From a virus (taxonomy: Duplodnaviria; Caudoviricetes): a DNA stretch of 54,023 bases. The translations under genes were made by a program, and so were the position numbers. The DNA lies in the IMG/VR virus record IMGVR_UViG_3300035659_001009, positions 1-54,023 of that record. One strand, 5' to 3'. The notes beneath the pieces were generated by a model that was not told where the DNA came from, did no database searches, and worked only from the letters and a program-made list of their open reading frames with translations. Below are positions 8,877-19,303 of the stretch, one piece after another (positions within the stretch are counted from its first letter, which is position 1; every line of letters begins with the position of its first letter).

Positions 8877-10076
8877 TTACAGGATTACTGGGCAGCAGGT
8901 TCGGATGTTGCCAGAGAAGACTGCGGAGTAGACGCTGTGAGCGCACTTGTGTTTGATGATGAGAGCGGTCTTCGCCCACATTTCGAACGCGATGGTGGTA
9001 CACCCGGGAGTCAGGTCCTTGAAGGCCAACGGAATCTGCGTAGCCCGGTACACCAACTTGACCCCGTTGTGAGTCATGCGCAGGCCATAGAGGCGAGCGG
9101 TAAACGTCCCGTTGAGGTTATCCGTCCGCGGGAAGTTGGTATCGCCAACGACTTGAATACGCCCGACTCCAGTGTTGACGAATGAGTCAAAGTTGTATCC
9201 TGGAGTGATGCGGTTGCCGTTGGGATAGGTGATGACTTGTATGGAACCATTACCGGTTCCAGCCCAACCGAGCGTAAAGAACGCAGACATCATCTCTTGG
9301 ATCGCGGCCGGGTGGCCCATGATGACCTGCGGCTTGATGCAGTTCTCGCCCAGGAAGCGGTTGTAGCTGAGAGCGTCGAACGTGCCCGTGGACGTCGCCG
9401 AGCACGAACCGGTTGCCAGGAGCTTGACGATGCCGTCGGGCTCGAGGGCATTGATGGTGTGGTCGCCGTTCACGAGAAGGTTGTCCCAGCCATTCAAGAC
9501 CAGGATCTCGCCTAGCTGCATCTCCTTCTCTTTCAGATTTGCGATGTTGGTCATCGTGAACGTGGCGACGTCACCGCCACCTGGCATGCCAGCACCCGAC
9601 GGATGCGGCCCGAGCAGGGCACTGATGCCATAGCCAGCGCCGATCGAGGCGACCGAGTGCATGATGTCGCTGAGGCCCAGAGTCTTCTTGATGCCGATGT
9701 TCTTGAGGTCAATGTACGAGTTGTCACCATCGTGTCGAAACTCTTCGGGGCATGTACCATCGGCAAAGCTGATTGACACCGAACCGGACGTGAACGCGAG
9801 CTCGTTTAGCTCACGCCATAGCACGGTCTTCAGACCCGTACCCTCTTCCGGGATGAACTTGAGCAGCGTCGTTTCCTCGCACATCGCGATGATTTCGGTA
9901 GTGTCGAGTGGTGTGGGGAACTGAGCCGCGAAGTCGATCGGCAGAGCATAGGGTGGGAAGATGTTAGGATCGGCGGAACGCATCACCACCGCGGCCGGCG
10001 CTTGGCCTGCCACGAACGTATCTTTGTGTCCAGCCGATGCGAGGTCGAGGATGAGTTCGCCCTGTAGATCAGACAT
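8877..10076 (-). CDS. major capsid protein
   Basis: 399 aa after scaffold gene; strongly biased codons; LVNGD...EPDGIVKL motif typical of HK97-fold capsids. Confidence 0.8.
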   Translation of the reverse strand: MSDLQGELILDLASAGHKDTFVAGQAPAAVVMRSADPNIFPPYALPIDFAAQFPTPLDTTEIIAMCEETTLLKFIPEEGTGLKTVLWRELNELAFTSGSVSISFADGTCPEEFRHDGDNSYIDLKNIGIKKTLGLSDIMHSVASIGAGYGISALLGPHPSGAGMPGGGDVATFTMTNIANLKEKEMQLGEILVLNGWDNLLVNGDHTINALEPDGIVKLLATGSCSATSTGTFDALSYNRFLGENCIKPQVIMGHPAAIQEMMSAFFTLGWAGTGNGSIQVITYPNGNRITPGYNFDSFVNTGVGRIQVVGDTNFPRTDNLNGTFTARLYGLRMTHNGVKLVYRATQIPLAFKDLTPGCTTIAFEMWAKTALIIKHKCAHSVYSAVFSGNIRTCCPVIL

Positions 10077-11775
10077 TGGGCACTCCCTCCCCGACTGGCA
10101 AACCGACGGACCGCCGAGCCAAATCTCTCAACTGGTTTGGCTTAGCGTCCGCCGCAGCAGTCGCTCTAAACGTCGCCGCCGCCTGAGGCTGAACTTGCCG
10201 AGGCGCTGGCGATTGTGATCCGTTAGCTACAGGAACCGATGCGGGCATGAACGCTGGCAGCATCTCACCCAGCACACGTCGAATTGTTTCCTCCACGTCC
10301 GCCGTGGAAGTCGGAGTCGACGCGTTCACTGCACTCCTGATCGTAAGACCCAGAGCATCCAGGGCCTTCTGGATCGGTTCGAACTTCTGAGTACGAGTGA
10401 GATCGCTCTTCATTACCACGCCGTCATAGGCCGTGGCGATTGCCTCCAGTTGAGCAGCTAACGGATGGTCAGATTTCAACATTGTTGACACCTCCGTTTG
10501 ACTTGTTACTGTTGGTACTACTGGTACTACTGGTACTGGAGTGGAGACTTTCGACAAGGCCATCAATGCTTCTTGTGAAAACTGGTCCTGCATCTCTCCT
10601 AGGATCCCTTCGATCGCGGCGGCTTTCTCAGACACCATAGGACTGTCGATTGCATTCCAGATCACATCGCGAACCGTCCAGAAGAGATCTGAAAACTTCC
10701 AGGTCAACCTCTGAGCAGTTATGTAATCCAAAGCTCCGGCCAAAGTCGTAGCACCACCATACGGCTTGTTAGCTGCGTCCACCACACTAACAACCGCTAC
10801 TGGCGTCGGTGTGACCACCGCGTCAGCCCGAATAACAACCGCAGCAGCACTCTTGTCGACGACCGTGCCTCGTTCTCGCTTGTCGAGCTCCTCCGCAAGG
10901 TCTTCACCAACAATCGCTGCGGCGTCGTCTTTCTTACTTTTGATAACACCGTCCACACTGGATCTCTCGATCATGATGGGCGTCCTCACGTTTATAGGCA
11001 CCCGCGTAAGGGCAAAGTGAACAAGTTGCCCCTTGACATACTCCTTGAGCTTCGCGCCGCGGATGCACACAGGGCACACCTCCACAATACTCTTGCGTGC
11101 GAAGTGTGTTCCGTCCGCATGGACATGTTCCCAATCGATGAACGCGATGCTAACACGTACCCGCTTTTCGTCGGGAACGTTGTCCGCAATGTCCGCTTTG
11201 ATTGCACCCCATGCCTTCTCAGCAAGGGCACTCTTGGCCATATCGGCTTTGAACCGAAAATGGTTATCGTCGACCCACACATTCGTCGGTGTACCAACGA
11301 CTGCCTGGCCACCCTGATCAAGATAGTGCGCGACGCTCAGGTAGGGCATACCACCTTTCCAAGCCGCCGAACCGTAGGGAGGTGGAGCTGGCATGTCCTC
11401 TGCAATTCGGGTCAGGAAGTCCTGGAAGAGAGATAGGGTCATCCGCTGTCCAAACGTGTCCTCAAAGGTGTCACTCGCGACGGCCTTGATACGACGCGTC
11501 CCGTCAGAGTCTTGCACTGCCTTCGTGATGAAGAGCGAACAGAATTGGATGTTCGAATCAGACTCCGCGAACAGTGGGGTGAGGTCGAGCTCATCTGGCA
11601 ACTCGAACTCGACAGTCGCTTCCACATCGATCGCGCTCTTCGCATTGGCATTCAGGGCGGCGAGGTAGGCCTTCTTCTTTGCCACCGTGGTACATCCTAC
11701 CTTTGCACCAGTATCCTTCTTGTAGACACAAACGGGAGTCTTCGCGGGACCATCTTCACGAACTGTGTATGGCAT
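10069..11775 (-). CDS. prohead protease/scaffold protein
   Basis: ASDT..D..GQRM, SVAH, SIAF, ALTRVPIN protease-like core; low-complexity helical C-terminus; directly upstream of MCP. Confidence 0.65.
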   Translation of the reverse strand: MPYTVREDGPAKTPVCVYKKDTGAKVGCTTVAKKKAYLAALNANAKSAIDVEATVEFELPDELDLTPLFAESDSNIQFCSLFITKAVQDSDGTRRIKAVASDTFEDTFGQRMTLSLFQDFLTRIAEDMPAPPPYGSAAWKGGMPYLSVAHYLDQGGQAVVGTPTNVWVDDNHFRFKADMAKSALAEKAWGAIKADIADNVPDEKRVRVSIAFIDWEHVHADGTHFARKSIVEVCPVCIRGAKLKEYVKGQLVHFALTRVPINVRTPIMIERSSVDGVIKSKKDDAAAIVGEDLAEELDKRERGTVVDKSAAAVVIRADAVVTPTPVAVVSVVDAANKPYGGATTLAGALDYITAQRLTWKFSDLFWTVRDVIWNAIDSPMVSEKAAAIEGILGEMQDQFSQEALMALSKVSTPVPVVPVVPTVTSQTEVSTMLKSDHPLAAQLEAIATAYDGVVMKSDLTRTQKFEPIQKALDALGLTIRSAVNASTPTSTADVEETIRRVLGEMLPAFMPASVPVANGSQSPAPRQVQPQAAATFRATAAADAKPNQLRDLARRSVGLPVGEGVPNV

Positions 11776-12046
11776 GGCCAAACCTCTCTTCCCACCCAAT
11801 ACGCGCTAAGTGCGTCGCAAACGACACGACTAGCCCCGTCGCGGCACATTGCACACCCTTAGGTAACTTCTCCGGCATGACGCTAGGCCTAAACCACCAA
11901 GCAAGAATGCTGAAGACCCAAACACCGAGACAGAAGTCACAGTTGAGCAGCTCCTGGATCTTCGGATACTTCCGGGCACCATCTAGCAGGGGTGTATTCT
12001 GCAGTGCCCAGATGAGGATCCTCCCTACGACGATGTAGGCGATCAA
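11756..12046 (-). CDS. small membrane protein, DUF1360-like
   Basis: LLNCDFCLGVW motif with hydrophobic helices. Confidence 0.5.
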   Translation of the reverse strand: MIAYIVVGRILIWALQNTPLLDGARKYPKIQELLNCDFCLGVWVFSILAWWFRPSVMPEKLPKGVQCAATGLVVSFATHLARIGWEERFGHAIHSS

Positions 12047-12240
12047 GCTATGTCCTTCTCCATCAAGATGAACAACCGGACCGCTTCAGCATCGAAGCCC
12101 ATGGGTACGGCATTGATGACTTTCCACCCACTAGCCGCGAGCTTGTTGAGATGCTCCGTTACTTGGACCGCCGACATCACACCCGACTGCGGCTTTGCCT
12201 CGAGTCCGACCGAAACGACTACGATATGATACGCTTTCAT
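12043..12240 (-). CDS. small hypothetical protein (DUF4177-like)
   Basis: HLNKLAASGWKVI pattern; 65 aa. Confidence 0.5.
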   Translation of the reverse strand: MKAYHIVVVSVGLEAKPQSGVMSAVQVTEHLNKLAASGWKVINAVPMGFDAEAVRLFILMEKDIA

Positions 12241-12293
12241 TTCTACACCCCTTTCCAGAGATTTGTTGATAGCTGCCCCACCTCAGGGGCGGC

Positions 12294-13121
12294 TTAGATG
12301 AGCATTTCAGACGTTATAACTCTGATGACCCCATCCTTGTCTTCAAACACCACGCTTTGGACAACAACGCGTCTGTGAACGCCCGGTATCCATACGACTG
12401 GCGGCCATGACAGATCTGGTACGACCATGATAACTGGTACACCGAGTGCCTCTTCACTTTCAATCCCAATACACTGAATCGTCCAGGTCTGACTCTCCCA
12501 AGTAAGAGTGGGTGTGCCAACCTGTTCACTACTAACAACTCCCTGCAATCCTAAGTCAATAGTGATACTTGGTTGTCCAACAAACTCACCACTCGGAATC
12601 CCAATCAGGTTGACATCTGTACTCACGGAAGGGACACCAACATGTTCGCCGCTTACGATACCCACCAACGTCATGCTCACCGTAATAGTGGGTGTACCGA
12701 CCAGTTCTTCACTTGGTATTCCATTGACCTGCACAGAAACTGTGATGCTTGGTTGACCCACAACTTCCGCGCTTGCAATGCCCGATAATTGTAACGAACT
12801 CGCAATGGTCGGTTGCCCGATGATCTCACCACTTGCTATTCCGGTAGGCTTCACAACCGCTGCGACTGTTGGTTGTCCGACTGCCTCTGTGTTTGCAATA
12901 CCTACTGCAACAATGTTGACTGTCAAACTCGGATTGCCAACGGCCTCAGCACTGGGTATACCACCCACACCTACAATATCGGCGTAAACATCCCCACACC
13001 CCGGACTATTGATAATCCTTGACAATCCGGCATTGCTGGGCGGGTATATATTCTGCCGCCCACCCATGATACTGCGCGTGCTGAGAGTGGTGCTATTTAG
13101 CCAACGCGTTGAACGGATCAT
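12294..13121 (-). CDS. virion protein with ~19-aa tandem repeats
   Basis: About 10 repeats GIxSxExxGxPx(I/V/L). Confidence 0.7.
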   Translation of the reverse strand: MIRSTRWLNSTTLSTRSIMGGRQNIYPPSNAGLSRIINSPGCGDVYADIVGVGGIPSAEAVGNPSLTVNIVAVGIANTEAVGQPTVAAVVKPTGIASGEIIGQPTIASSLQLSGIASAEVVGQPSITVSVQVNGIPSEELVGTPTITVSMTLVGIVSGEHVGVPSVSTDVNLIGIPSGEFVGQPSITIDLGLQGVVSSEQVGTPTLTWESQTWTIQCIGIESEEALGVPVIMVVPDLSWPPVVWIPGVHRRVVVQSVVFEDKDGVIRVITSEMLI

Positions 13122-13553
13122 TCATTCGTCCCAGACCGCATAAAGGGATTGTGCCGATCCCGCCGCCCCGCCATGATTCCAAACGACAAGCCAGCCCGAA
13201 ACTGGAATCACAAGTCCATTCGGAAATGTCCAGATGCCACCCGCACCCACTGTGGCAGGTAGAACGATGCGCTGAAGCGGGTTGGTTCCAATAGTCGGCG
13301 CAGTGCTCCAGGCCGTGTCAATGTTTCCGGTCGCCGCCGCTTCGGCTGGATCATCGGCCTGCCCCAAAAGGGAAGTCGTGGCAACGGGCGTATTGCTAGG
13401 GCGGATGAGTTGGATGCTGGACGCCGTAGCCGCATTATTCGAGAATCCAATCTCAGAAATCACCAGTCGTCTGCTCGCCACTGCGTGAATGGTGGCATAC
13501 GTCGCACCTGATGCCGCCGCCGGAGTTGTGACTGCCGCTCTAAACCGTGCCAT
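13122..13553 (-). CDS. putative virion structural/decoration protein
   Basis: Ala/Thr/Gly-rich beta protein ending WDE; GGAGG RBS before MARFRA. Confidence 0.6.
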   Translation of the reverse strand: MARFRAAVTTPAAASGATYATIHAVASRRLVISEIGFSNNAATASSIQLIRPSNTPVATTSLLGQADDPAEAAATGNIDTAWSTAPTIGTNPLQRIVLPATVGAGGIWTFPNGLVIPVSGWLVVWNHGGAAGSAQSLYAVWDE

Positions 13554-13611
13554 GTGTTCCCTCCACTGAAATACGCAAGTGCGACGATGGGAACGCCGCC
13601 GCGCCTTCTTT

Positions 13612-14016
13612 TTAGAGTTTGAAAACTTTATTCGCCCCGGTATCCCACAGGATATTAAGCGTTTGTCCCGCCGCTGGAGTAAACGGCAATCCACTGACTA
13701 CGGTGTCATCATAACAAATGACCCGCGCGGTCGCGTCGGAGCCTGTGTGCTTGACTACAACAATCGCACTCACCGGGACTGCCGCCGTAGCAACTATTGA
13801 TGTGTTTACTGCATTGAATATACCGTTTGTGAAAGTCTTTCCAGTCAGTGCGACAGAACGCCCATTGTCCACCGACCCCAAGTCAACAATGAATTTGTCC
13901 GTGATGTCAAATGAATAAGTAGACCTGATCAGTATGACACGAATATCATCTACACTCATCTCGATAGTGTCATCAAGAATTCCCTCACGGCCTGGATCGA
14001 ATAGTGCGTTAGACAT
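13612..14016 (-). CDS. putative virion structural protein
   Basis: MSNALFD...DDIRVIL...LPFTP.G...I.W pattern seen in phage minor structural proteins. Confidence 0.6.
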   Translation of the reverse strand: MSNALFDPGREGILDDTIEMSVDDIRVILIRSTYSFDITDKFIVDLGSVDNGRSVALTGKTFTNGIFNAVNTSIVATAAVPVSAIVVVKHTGSDATARVICYDDTVVSGLPFTPAAGQTLNILWDTGANKVFKL

Positions 14017-14017
14017 A

Positions 14018-15625
14018 CTAACTTCCCTTCCACAAACTAGTTGGTAACCGCCCTATCTCAGGAGACACTCTGGGGACGATCACTTGTTCAAGTTCATGAA
14101 TAAACTCTTTACCAGGGTCAACTTCCCCTGCATACTTCACATCAAGCAATGCTAGCTCGGCAAGGACGCCCTCGTCTGTGATGACGACAGTAGGGTCATC
14201 GGAAATAGGCTCGCCACCAGCTTCGACTACCGCAGCCTGGAGCTCACGGTTGAACTCTGTCGCGAACTCTTCTGCACGCTGAACAACAAGTGACTTTGCT
14301 GTACCGGGTGGTGTCTTGATCTCGCCTGCGCCTCCGTCTGAAGGTGCGACTGGCTTCTGTAGCTGCCCAGCCACAACGTGTACCGGCTGTTGTATACCAC
14401 CCACTACTGTAGATTTTGGTTCCTGCTCCGGCAACGTGGCTGTGACAGTAATCATCCCATCCGAAATCATCTGCTGCAATCCATCACCTGGCTCGAGCAT
14501 CTTGCCCTCGACCAGGTTTCGCAGCGCCATGGAGTTCGCAAGGCGTGCACGTCCCTTAGCAACCAAAGCTTCGTCATCACGTTCGATGAACTCAAATCTC
14601 AAGTACTTCGGAAGCATGCGGCACCAGTATGCCGTCATCTTCCGGCGTGCAACGCCAATACCCGTCCGCATCGAGCGACGTTCACTTCGGATCGCACCCG
14701 CTAATGTTCCTGACTCCCCCTCGACAATCCCAATGTCTGCTAAGGTCATACCGTACCCAGCAGAGACCACTTGCATGTAACGAAGCGTCGCCAACGGGTA
14801 GGCTATCTCGACAGGGGATCGTCCAAACGGAATAAACTTGGCGGCGACGGTGTGCTCGTACAGCACAGGCACCTTGAGGGCGTCGGTCCCAAAGAGTAGA
14901 GTTCGCCACGACTCGAGCCATTTCGTTGCTGAATCGAAGGACATATCGCCCAGGTCGAGAACACCTGCTTCGGGCGTGTCGAGGAGTAAGTTAGCGTAGT
15001 AGCGATCTCCACGAGCTAACATCTCGAAGGCCAGGTAGATACGTTCGGGTGGCGCCATGCCCCAACCCTTACGCATAAGCTCAGGACGAGGTGAATAATA
15101 AGCTCGATCGACTGCGTGCTTCGGAAAGTAGATGGGTTGGATCGTGTAGCTCCACTGCACCACGGGCCAGTCAAGAGCATACGTGGGCATCATCGTGGCT
15201 CCATCGACTCGCTGGAACCACAACACTTCACCGTCGGGTTGATCGCCCGCCCGACCAAGCTCTGAAGCCCCACCGAATGGGATGTCAAGCATGTCCTGTA
15301 AAATAAGCTCCGAGTGAACGTCGTACCCACCATCTCCGTTCTCAATCAACTCGGTATACTTGTCAATCTCATCCTGGTAGTCGTTCGTGGGGCTCTTCGA
15401 CGCAAGTCGCCACGGCATACTGACAACCGTGTCGATGATTGTCTGCCTGCAAATCATTGCAATGGGTTGATATCTTACGAGGGTACGCCATGAATCTGCG
15501 GGAAGGACTGAAGGCACAGACCAGGCAGGAACCTGCCGCATTAGGAACGGAGCTGTAACTGCTCTCTGTCCGGGTTCGGTAAACTTCGCTTTTTCTACAA
15601 GTGCAGAAACTTCATTGTTCGCCAT
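14018..15625 (-). CDS. portal protein
   Basis: 535 aa immediately after TerL; GWGMAPPE and VSAGYGMTLADIG portal-like motifs. Confidence 0.8.
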   Translation of the reverse strand: MANNEVSALVEKAKFTEPGQRAVTAPFLMRQVPAWSVPSVLPADSWRTLVRYQPIAMICRQTIIDTVVSMPWRLASKSPTNDYQDEIDKYTELIENGDGGYDVHSELILQDMLDIPFGGASELGRAGDQPDGEVLWFQRVDGATMMPTYALDWPVVQWSYTIQPIYFPKHAVDRAYYSPRPELMRKGWGMAPPERIYLAFEMLARGDRYYANLLLDTPEAGVLDLGDMSFDSATKWLESWRTLLFGTDALKVPVLYEHTVAAKFIPFGRSPVEIAYPLATLRYMQVVSAGYGMTLADIGIVEGESGTLAGAIRSERRSMRTGIGVARRKMTAYWCRMLPKYLRFEFIERDDEALVAKGRARLANSMALRNLVEGKMLEPGDGLQQMISDGMITVTATLPEQEPKSTVVGGIQQPVHVVAGQLQKPVAPSDGGAGEIKTPPGTAKSLVVQRAEEFATEFNRELQAAVVEAGGEPISDDPTVVITDEGVLAELALLDVKYAGEVDPGKEFIHELEQVIVPRVSPEIGRLPTSLWKGS

Positions 15626-18008
15626 TTAGGTGATGCCGCCATTCTGACGCCACCAGATATTGTATCTACCTGGTCGTCAGGAGTCTTTCCCATTCCGTCA
15701 AATAGTGAACACTCCGTGAGAAACGACTGAATCCATGGACCATTTACAAGATAAACCTGTCCCGCTTCTGCTTTCGACGACCAGTCTAAAGCCCTCGAAA
15801 GTTTGTCCGTGTCAACGTCGACACCGACGATCCGGTGACCAGTAAGTTCGGGATCCTTCATGAACGTTTGAACTGCAGCGATCCCGTGGAGTTTCTTCTC
15901 GATTCCCGTTTCGACAACAGTTTCGTCGCCTAAGATCGTTTGCTTGATGAGCTTTTCTTGATCCGGCCACTCAATCTTCTTCCGGATCATGTCCCGTATG
16001 ATGATGTCACCGGTCTTGGTAACTGCAACAGCTCCTGACGCAGTAAAGCTTGCACGTGCTTTGAGTGATGCTGCTAAGTCCCAATAACGGAACCACCTAA
16101 GTCCGGTGGGTACTTCGTTGATAACTTTGAACCAGTCTGCATGGAATACATTCCCCGCGGCGACAATATCCCAATCGCCCTCGGCCAATTGCATCCTGAT
16201 CACTAACGGTAAGCCCTGGAGACGAGCTTCATAACCAGGATCTACTTCCATCAGCTTAGGGTTGTCAAATCGACGAGACCGAATAAACGATCGAGATAAC
16301 GCGTCTTGGTCATCCCAAGTAGTTCGTATGTCTTTTTCGTCCTTAGTCTTGAAGTAGTGAACCTCTCCACTTGGCCATCTCGGTTCACCCTCAACTTCGA
16401 TGCGTGTCAACCAAGGCTTGTAACGATTGAAAACCCACTCATGCCCGACATTACCCGGGTTCGATGCCCACCGGACCCTTGCCGGAACTACTTGGTGTGT
16501 TATCGGGTCAATTGCAACAGTACGAACACGGCTCTGCATATACATAAACTGATATTCAGTAAACGATGTCAGTTCATCGAACCCTGCGTATGCGATCTCC
16601 GCTGACTGCCAATTGTGGACGTCCTCTTCGTGCTCTAAATGGCTAAACTGAAGTACTGAGCCACTGGGAAATGTCCATACATGATCCTGTTTATTGTAGG
16701 TACCCTTGAAGAGTGGACAAATCTCATGTGCTCTCGTGATTAGTCCTCGTGGTTGTGAAAGCTCTGGGAACGTTCGCCGGAAGAGAACTGCCGTGTATTT
16801 TGGGACATGCACATACCGAAGGGCCTCTACAAGGAGACTCTCCGAGTTGTGAGTCGGAATCATTGTACGTCCGACCAAAAACGTGTGACTCGGGTGCTTT
16901 ATACGTATACATTTCGTGGGGACAATGTCGGTCGACTCAATCGACTCAATCCAAACCGCAATGTCATGTTCCTTGGGAGGTGTCAGAATCTGACTCTCTC
17001 CCTTGCGTCTGATGTTGAAAACTTTGATTCTCGGTGTAAACGTCATTCGGTGCGATGGAAATGATTCTCCATTGAAGCTACTTGGTGCAACACTCCTACT
17101 ATACTTGAAACCCAGGGAAGACAGTAAAGTACATACATCATTAGCTAACGTTGTTTCAGTAAGACTAACCTCACATCGTCCACGTTCTTGACAATGCCCA
17201 TCACTATCCATCAACCCACGGAGTAATTCAAGACGTTGACTTCGCGATGCCATGAAGTACTGCAAGGGAATGTGCTTAACCTCGGGCACCGTTTCGCGCG
17301 TCTCACCTTGAAAACGAGTAACCTCGAGAGCGTCAAGGATGCGTTTGATTGACGGCTCAACCCTGTAGTTGTACTTTTGTGAAAGGTGTTCAAGCGTTAA
17401 TCCTCGAAGCTTGAACAGTTCGACCACTTCCTCTAGGTCTTGGTTTCCAATTGTAAAGTACCCAGTATGGACACTCCCGTCACCTAACCAGTACCCAAAG
17501 ACATATGGATCCACTGGTAAACTCTGCTGAGCTCCCTCGTATCCGTCCGTGTGGGGAAGCTTGAAACGTTTCGACAACTGTCCATGTCGGTTCTGTAGCT
17601 TAACGTAGACGCCTCTCGTCAACAGCTGTTCAGTTGTAAAGGTACCTTCGGTATAGTCGATGTACTGACGATGTTGCTTGAAGTGCTGCCCAGTTTCAAT
17701 TACCTTCCACAAATGATCTGCATCAGCAACGATCTCTTCACCGTTGCTAAATGCGACTTCATAGCACTTGTGGTCGGTGTATACTTCAGAGACATACTCG
17801 ATTTCTGACCAAGAACCGTCTACAGCAACAACACGATCCTCTGTCGTCAGATCTCCGATCGTCTGCCAAGCCTTGTCAGTCCAGATCGGTGTGTCAACTA
17901 GCAAGGCCTTGCCCCCCCCGCTTCGCCTCCGAACCCTAGTTCAAAGACACCTGATTTATGAAACGCCTCCTGGGGTCCCGGATTCGGTCTCCAGGTGAAC
18001 TGACTCAT
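15595..18008 (-). CDS. terL: terminase large subunit (intein-containing; frame break at G8 run 17912-17919)
   Basis: N-terminus MSQFTWRPNPGPQEAF..GGEAGG in one frame; FRRTFPEL, FDELT (Walker B), SNPG, WDLA, DDQVD in the other frame. Confidence 0.9.
16846..17907 (-). mobile_element. class-3-type intein with LAGLIDADG homing endonuclease in TerL Walker A
   Basis: Starts ALLVDTPI, block B ADADHLW, GYWLGDG and RGLMDSDG, block F TKCI, ends PTHN|S. Confidence 0.9.
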
Positions 18009-18552
18009 TCTTTGCTTCCTCCACCGCAGGCAAATAGATTTGAGGCGCACGTACCTCTGTAATTGCAGTAGGTGCATTCGCCGCAAGACGCTGTAGTTCG
18101 GATCCAGCACGAGACGCTTGTGCTAGATGGGAGAGTGGAACGGAGAGCTTGACGAGCTTATCACCGTTGGCGGCAGTGAGAACCTCTATCTTCGTCTCGA
18201 AGTCGTCAAGGGCCCGGGCGACAACCTTACGAAGCTTGCCCCCGAGGAGCCAATCCTCCTCCAGGAGTTCCCGTTTACGTTCTTCCCACAAGATCTGGGT
18301 CTGAAGTCGGTCATCCCCTTCCCACTGCTTCGCACGCGCCTCCCAGAACCATTCCTTTGCGACACTCGCCCAAACTTGGATGGCTTCTCCAGTGGATTCG
18401 TCGAGTCTCTGCCGGATCAACTCAAGACGGAACAGGGTAAACGCCTTCTGGATCGTGTACTCGGTCCCAAGGGGTTTCGCGTATTTGACGAATCGGCCGA
18501 ACCACTTATCCGGTTCGTCCTTCATTCGGGTCCAAACGAAAACGGCTTCCAT
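17956..18552 (-). CDS. terminase small subunit
   Basis: Upstream of TerL; W..M.DE...WF..F and W.WEARA..W pattern. Confidence 0.65.
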   Translation of the reverse strand: MEAVFVWTRMKDEPDKWFGRFVKYAKPLGTEYTIQKAFTLFRLELIRQRLDESTGEAIQVWASVAKEWFWEARAKQWEGDDRLQTQILWEERKRELLEEDWLLGGKLRKVVARALDDFETKIEVLTAANGDKLVKLSVPLSHLAQASRAGSELQRLAANAPTAITEVRAPQIYLPAVEEAKNESVHLETESGTPGGVS

Positions 18553-18670
18553 ACAACCTCAGAATCTCCTGGTCGGCTTCTTCAGTCAGACCCAATGCCT
18601 TCCTGATCTTCCGCACAGTGAAACCTTCTTTGAATAATTTACGGATGGCCTGTCGCTGCTTATTACTCAT
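18506..18670 (-). CDS. small HTH protein
   Basis: IRKLFKEGFTVRKIRKALGL. Confidence 0.5.
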   Translation of the reverse strand: MSNKQRQAIRKLFKEGFTVRKIRKALGLTEEADQEILRLYGSRFRLDPNEGRTG

Positions 18671-19172
18671 TGCTTGCCCACTCATCGGCTCCTGGCCGAA
18701 AGTCGGTACTATCCACATGTTTGGTGTCATTACACTGTTTACACAATGGTTGGATATTAGAAATGTCGTTCGACCCACCCTTTGAAACTGGAATAACATG
18801 GTCTGCGACTAGCTTTACGTCATTATGACCACAACATAAACATCGATTGCCGTACTTCCTCCTGAGCTCTTTCCATCCTCTAGCAGTAAATGAACCACCG
18901 TTTCCAGCTACGCGAGCTCGGCGATTCTCCTGAGCAGACTTCACAACGTCAGGATGAGCGTCTTGCCACTTCTTAGCCTTCATCCTGTTTCTAAGTTCTT
19001 GATCAGGATACTTAGCCCTCTCCTTAGCGAGACGGTTGCGCTTCTCTATAATACGAAGCTCAACCTCTACCAGGTCAGGGTGCTCCGCCATCCATTCAGT
19101 TACGAACGCTAAGTAGTCAGAGTCCATGGCTTGTAGGCAGAAGTCTCGAAATAGTTCTTTTTTACATATCAA
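18663..19172 (-). CDS. HNH endonuclease
   Basis: CLCCG...ADHVIPVSKGGSNDISNIQPLCKQCN. Confidence 0.92.
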   Translation of the reverse strand: MICKKELFRDFCLQAMDSDYLAFVTEWMAEHPDLVEVELRIIEKRNRLAKERAKYPDQELRNRMKAKKWQDAHPDVVKSAQENRRARVAGNGGSFTARGWKELRRKYGNRCLCCGHNDVKLVADHVIPVSKGGSNDISNIQPLCKQCNDTKHVDSTDFRPGADEWASNE

Positions 19173-19243
19173 TTATACGCTTTTTTCAAAATAAAGCAAG
19201 TGGCAACAGTGTTTTTGGTCCGTAGCAACCGTCTCGAAAAAGC

Positions 19244-19288
19244 TTGACAATTTATAAAAATTGTTGTATAATTTTTATAAATTGTCAA
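19244..19288. promoter_or_regulatory. consensus sigma70 promoter inside a 45-bp inverted repeat (divergent control region)
   Basis: TTGACA(19244)-17 bp-TATAAT(19267); perfect 19-bp arms with 7-bp spacer. Confidence 0.85.
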
Positions 19289-19303
19289 AAACAGGAGGTT
19301 ACA

